Assembly (NCBI GenBank): GCA_965248835.1
Contig: CBDFLJ010000002.1
Span: forward strand, 2,016,001-2,080,000
Reading direction: 5' to 3'
DNA: 64,000 bases
DNA from: Alphaproteobacteria bacterium
Lineage (GTDB): Bacteria; Pseudomonadota; Alphaproteobacteria; MPNO01
Part shown: piece after piece, positions 60,838 through 64,000 of the stretch
Layout: the number at the start of each line of letters is the position of its first letter
How positions within the stretch are numbered: position 1 is the stretch's first letter
Program-made: the position numbers and the translations under genes
The notes under the pieces: model-generated
The model's database searches: none
The model's input: the letters and a program-made list of their open reading frames with translations, nothing else
What the model was told of the DNA's origin: nothing

Positions 60838-61446
60838 ATGCCGGTCAAGGCAGCGGCCCGGTTCGTGCTTGCCTCGGCTTCGCCGCGGCGCCTGGAGCTG
60901 CTTAGGCAGATCGGGATCACCCCCGATGACATCGCGCCTGCCGATATCGACGAGGCTCCGGGCGAGCGCGAGCAGCCCCGGGCGCTGGCGCTGCGGCTCG
61001 CGCTGGACAAGGCCCGCCACGTCGCGCCCGACCATGCCGGAGACTGGATCCTCGCCGCCGATACCGTCGTCGCCTGCGGTCGCCGCATCCTGCCCAAGGC
61101 CACGGACCCCGAGACCGCGCGCAGATGCCTTGCGCTTCTGTCCGGCCGGCGGCACCGGGTCTATGGCGGGGTCTGCGTGATCGATCCCGGCGGCCGCCAC
61201 CGGACACGGCTCGGACAGACGGTGGTCACGTTCAAGCGGCTGTCGGCGAGCGAGACGGACGCCTATCTCGCGTGCGGCGAATGGCAGGGCAAGGCGGGCG
61301 GCTACGCGATCCAGGGCCGGGCCGCCGCGCTGGTGCGCAGCATCGGCGGTTCCTATTCCAATGTGGTGGGGCTACCCTTGTTCGAGACGGTGAGCCTGCT
61401 TGAGGGGCTCGGTTTCGACCGGTCGGGGGAACGCTCCGTTGGGTGA
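60838..61446 (+). CDS. maf: Maf-like nucleoside triphosphate pyrophosphatase
   Basis: LASASPRR, DE, ADTVV, LSGR.H, KAGGY.IQG, NVVGLP; GGAGG RBS. Confidence 0.95.
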   Translation: MPVKAAARFVLASASPRRLELLRQIGITPDDIAPADIDEAPGEREQPRALALRLALDKARHVAPDHAGDWILAADTVVACGRRILPKATDPETARRCLALLSGRRHRVYGGVCVIDPGGRHRTRLGQTVVTFKRLSASETDAYLACGEWQGKAGGYAIQGRAAALVRSIGGSYSNVVGLPLFETVSLLEGLGFDRSGERSVG

Positions 61447-62905
61447 GTCTTTGCTGATCAACGTCACGCCGGGCGAGATCCGGGCCGCGCTGGTCGAGGC
61501 CGGCCGGCCGGCCGAGCTGTTCATCGAGCGCGAGGCCCGTCGATCGGTGATCGGCAACATCTATCTCGGCCGGGTCGAACGCATCCTGCCGGGGATGGAT
61601 GCGGCCTTCGTCGATATCGGGCTGGACCGCGCCGGCTTCCTGGGTATCGACGGCGCGCGCCCCGCCGATGTCGACAGGCAGGACACCGGGCGGATCGCCG
61701 ACTATGTGCGCGAGGGCCAGGCCGTAAGGGTCCAGGTTTCCAAGGATGCGGCCGGCCGCAAGGGCGTTCAGCTCACCCGGCGCATCACCCTTGCCGGGCG
61801 CCACCTCGTCCACACCCCGCTGCATGGCCGGATTGCGATCTCGCGCCAGATCGAGGACGAGGACGAGCGCGAACGTCTGCGCTGCCTGGTCGCCGACGTC
61901 GCCCGGCCGGGCGAGGGCTTTATCGTCCGCACCGCCGCGGCCGGCCTCGGCGAGGGCGAACTGGCCCGCGACGCGGAATACCTGCGGCAGCTATGGCACG
62001 AGATCGAATTGCATCAGGCCCGCGCCAGCGCGCCGGCGCTTGTCCACGAGGACCTGAGCCCGCTGTTGCGGCTGTTTCGCGATCGGGTCGGCGAGACGAC
62101 CGGGGAGATACGCATCGATTCGCCGGGCGGCTTCGCCGCCGCGCGCGACTTCTGCAAGACCTTCATGCCCGCAATGGCCGAACGGCTGGTGTTGCATTCC
62201 GGCCCCCAGCCGATCTTCGAAGACGATGACGTCGAGGCCGAGATCGAGCGGGCGTTGGGCGCCCGGATCGATCTGCCCTCGGGCGGCGAAATCGTCATCG
62301 AGACGACCGAGGCGCTGACCGCCGTCGACGTCAACTCGGGCCGGTTCACCGGCGTCCACCGGCTCGAAGATACCGCCTGCACCACCAATCTCGAGGCCGC
62401 CGGCGAGATCGCGCGCCAGCTTCGGCTGCGCAATATCGGCGGCATGATCGTGATCGATTTCATCCACATGGCCGAGGAGGCGCACTGGCAAGCGGTGCTC
62501 GATGCGCTGGCCGCCGCGTTCGCGGGCGATCGCAACAACGTGCGGATCATGGGCCGGACCGGGGCCGGACTGGTCGAGCTTACCAGACAGCGCCGACGCG
62601 AATCCCTGGCACAGACCATGACCGAGGTCTGCCCGGGCTGCGACGGCCGGGGCCGCGTCGACTCCCCGGATACGGTTGCCTACCAGATCATGCGTGCGAT
62701 GAAACGGGAGGCGCGCTCGGCCCGGGCGGGCGCCCTTGTGGTGACGGCCTCGGGCGATACCATCGATTGCCTGGAGGCCGCCGGGGCCGGCACGCTGGAG
62801 ACGCTCGAAGCGAGCCTCGGCCGGCGCATCCGGTTCGACCGCGATCCCGTCTACGCACGCGGCGGCTTCGACATCGCCGTCGAGGATGTCGCTTTGCGGC
62901 GATGA
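61439..62905 (+). CDS. rng: Ribonuclease E/G family (RNase G/CafA)
   Basis: [52 protein letters not shown]. Confidence 0.92.
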   Translation: MGESLLINVTPGEIRAALVEAGRPAELFIEREARRSVIGNIYLGRVERILPGMDAAFVDIGLDRAGFLGIDGARPADVDRQDTGRIADYVREGQAVRVQVSKDAAGRKGVQLTRRITLAGRHLVHTPLHGRIAISRQIEDEDERERLRCLVADVARPGEGFIVRTAAAGLGEGELARDAEYLRQLWHEIELHQARASAPALVHEDLSPLLRLFRDRVGETTGEIRIDSPGGFAAARDFCKTFMPAMAERLVLHSGPQPIFEDDDVEAEIERALGARIDLPSGGEIVIETTEALTAVDVNSGRFTGVHRLEDTACTTNLEAAGEIARQLRLRNIGGMIVIDFIHMAEEAHWQAVLDALAAAFAGDRNNVRIMGRTGAGLVELTRQRRRESLAQTMTEVCPGCDGRGRVDSPDTVAYQIMRAMKREARSARAGALVVTASGDTIDCLEAAGAGTLETLEASLGRRIRFDRDPVYARGGFDIAVEDVALRR

Positions 62906-62915
62906 CGGGGCCGGG

Positions 62916-63101
62916 ATGATGCCGGACGCGACGAACACGCCGCGCTGTCCGATCTGCGGGCAGCCGCGCAAGGCTCTGCACCGGCCGTTCTGTTCGCGCC
63001 GATGCCGGGAGATCGACCTCGGCCGCTGGTTCTCCGGCTCCTATGCGGTCCCGACGGTCGAACCGCCCGACGACGTCGACGGCTTCGCGAAGGAAGACTG
63101 A
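62916..63101 (+). CDS. yacG: DNA gyrase inhibitor YacG
   Basis: [19 protein letters not shown]. Confidence 0.92.
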   Translation: MMPDATNTPRCPICGQPRKALHRPFCSRRCREIDLGRWFSGSYAVPTVEPPDDVDGFAKED

Positions 63102-63134
63102 ACGATCGCCGGCCGGGCCGTATGACGGCCTGTC

Positions 63135-63164
63135 TGGACAGTGCCGGCCGGTCTCCTCTATAAG
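63135..63164 (+). promoter_or_regulatory. Putative sigma70 promoter of tRNA-Phe
   Basis: TGGACA ... TATAAG just upstream of the tRNA. Confidence 0.5.
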
Positions 63165-63175
63165 CAACGGCTCGC

Positions 63176-63251
63176 GCCCAGGTAGCTCAGTCGGTAGAGC
63201 ACATGACTGAAAATCATGGTGTCGGTGGTTCGATTCCACCCCTGGGCACCA
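63176..63251 (+). tRNA. tRNA-Phe (anticodon GAA)
   Basis: GCCCAGG/CCTGGGC acceptor stem, CATGA-CTGAAAA-TCATG anticodon arm, GTTCGAT, CCA. Confidence 0.97.
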
Positions 63252-63276
63252 TTTTTTCCCAAAATATTTCAAGGGA

Positions 63277-63620
63277 CTATGACAAAAACCGATCAAGGAA
63301 AAAACCTGACTTAGACACTTTCGTTCTCGATTCGAGCTTCACGATCGCCGATTCCGCGAGCCTCGCTTGGTCCGCCTGGCGCGTGTAGGGCCGGCCGTCG
63401 CGGCGGTGGACGATGAACAGATGATCGCGCGGGGCGTCCTCCAGAACGGACGCTAGGCGCTCGTGGATCGGGACCGCCAGACGCTCTCCGGTCTTGTTTT
63501 GCTTGGCCGAGACCCGCCCATCGACGGCGTGTCGCCATTGCATCGCCAAAACGTCGCTTTGCCTCTACAACACGCAGATCGGTGGGGCGCCGCATCGGGT
63601 GGCCAGGACACCGCCGCCCG
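63277..63620 (-). pseudogene. Tyrosine recombinase/integrase remnant
   Basis: M.W...DG...Q.KTG..L.VPIH..L...L......G.PYT segment typical of phage integrase catalytic domains; truncated and adjacent to a tRNA 3' end. Confidence 0.65.
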
Positions 63621-63771
63621 CCCAACCGGCCCGCCAAACACCGGCTGTCATGACCACACACTTGCAGAAAACTATGGACATAACTCTGACGTCGACAAGG
63701 ATGGGGTAAGTGTACTAAGGTGGACACGGTAGGATGGAACATTCCACCCTCGACCGGCGAAAGGACGCCCA

Positions 63772-64000
63772 ATGAAAACGCCTTCTTTCTTGTCTCCTTA
63801 TGTTGATGGAAATTCTCCGACAAGGCTATTCCAGGGCTTAGTGGTGGGTGTAGTTGGCACCCTGATCATCGGCTTCACTTGGGGCGGATGGCTTATCGGT
63901 AGCACAGTTGACCAAATGGTGGAAACAGCGAGCCGGACGGCTACGGTCGAGGCTTTGGCACCCATCTGCGCTGACAAGTTTGAGCGGGCAGCTAGTGCCG
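63772..64000 (+). CDS. Hypothetical membrane-anchored protein (partial, runs off window)
   Basis: Manual translation MKTPSFLSP...GLVVGVVGTLIIGFTWGGW...LAPICADKF; AAGGA RBS; not in the ORF track. Confidence 0.7.
   Translation, partial: MKTPSFLSPYVDGNSPTRLFQGLVVGVVGTLIIGFTWGGWLIGSTVDQMVETASRTATVEALAPICADKFERAASA

Overview
GC-rich alphaproteobacterial (Rhodospirillales-like) chromosomal window. Housekeeping blocks are glpX-recJ-DUF2062-tRNA-Glu, rplM-rpsI-argC-gamma-CA, cutA/CoA-binding/metY and maf-rng-yacG-tRNA-Phe. They alternate with two large catabolic regions. Region 1 (about 3.8-27.7 kb, right after tRNA-Glu) has two xanthine-dehydrogenase-family molybdopterin large subunits with no cognate small or medium subunit in the window. 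One of them is cotranscribed with an SdhA/FrdA-like flavoprotein with an altered active site and a mini 2Fe-2S SdhB-like protein. The region also holds a non-canonical M24 peptidase-fold pair, an LLM oxidoreductase, two branched-chain-type ABC importers and several decayed elements (Bug pseudogene, IS630 relic, multiheme cytochrome fragment). Region 2 (about 33.9-60.7 kb) is a rearranged 2-aminobenzoyl-CoA (abm-like) pathway with a visible candidate MarR operator. Around it are a stand-alone diiron ferritin-like protein, two Rieske oxygenases (one CarAa/OxoO-like), an M20-fold protein lacking metal ligands, an AtzG/AtzE-like amidase and a frameshifted malonyl-CoA decarboxylase. An integrase relic after tRNA-Phe marks the likely start of an AT-richer island. 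No CRISPR array, rRNA or intact phage was seen. The best candidate for an undescribed system is the Mo-hydroxylase/SdhA-like/mini-SdhB module together with the M24 pair. Its function is inference only, and no database searches were run.
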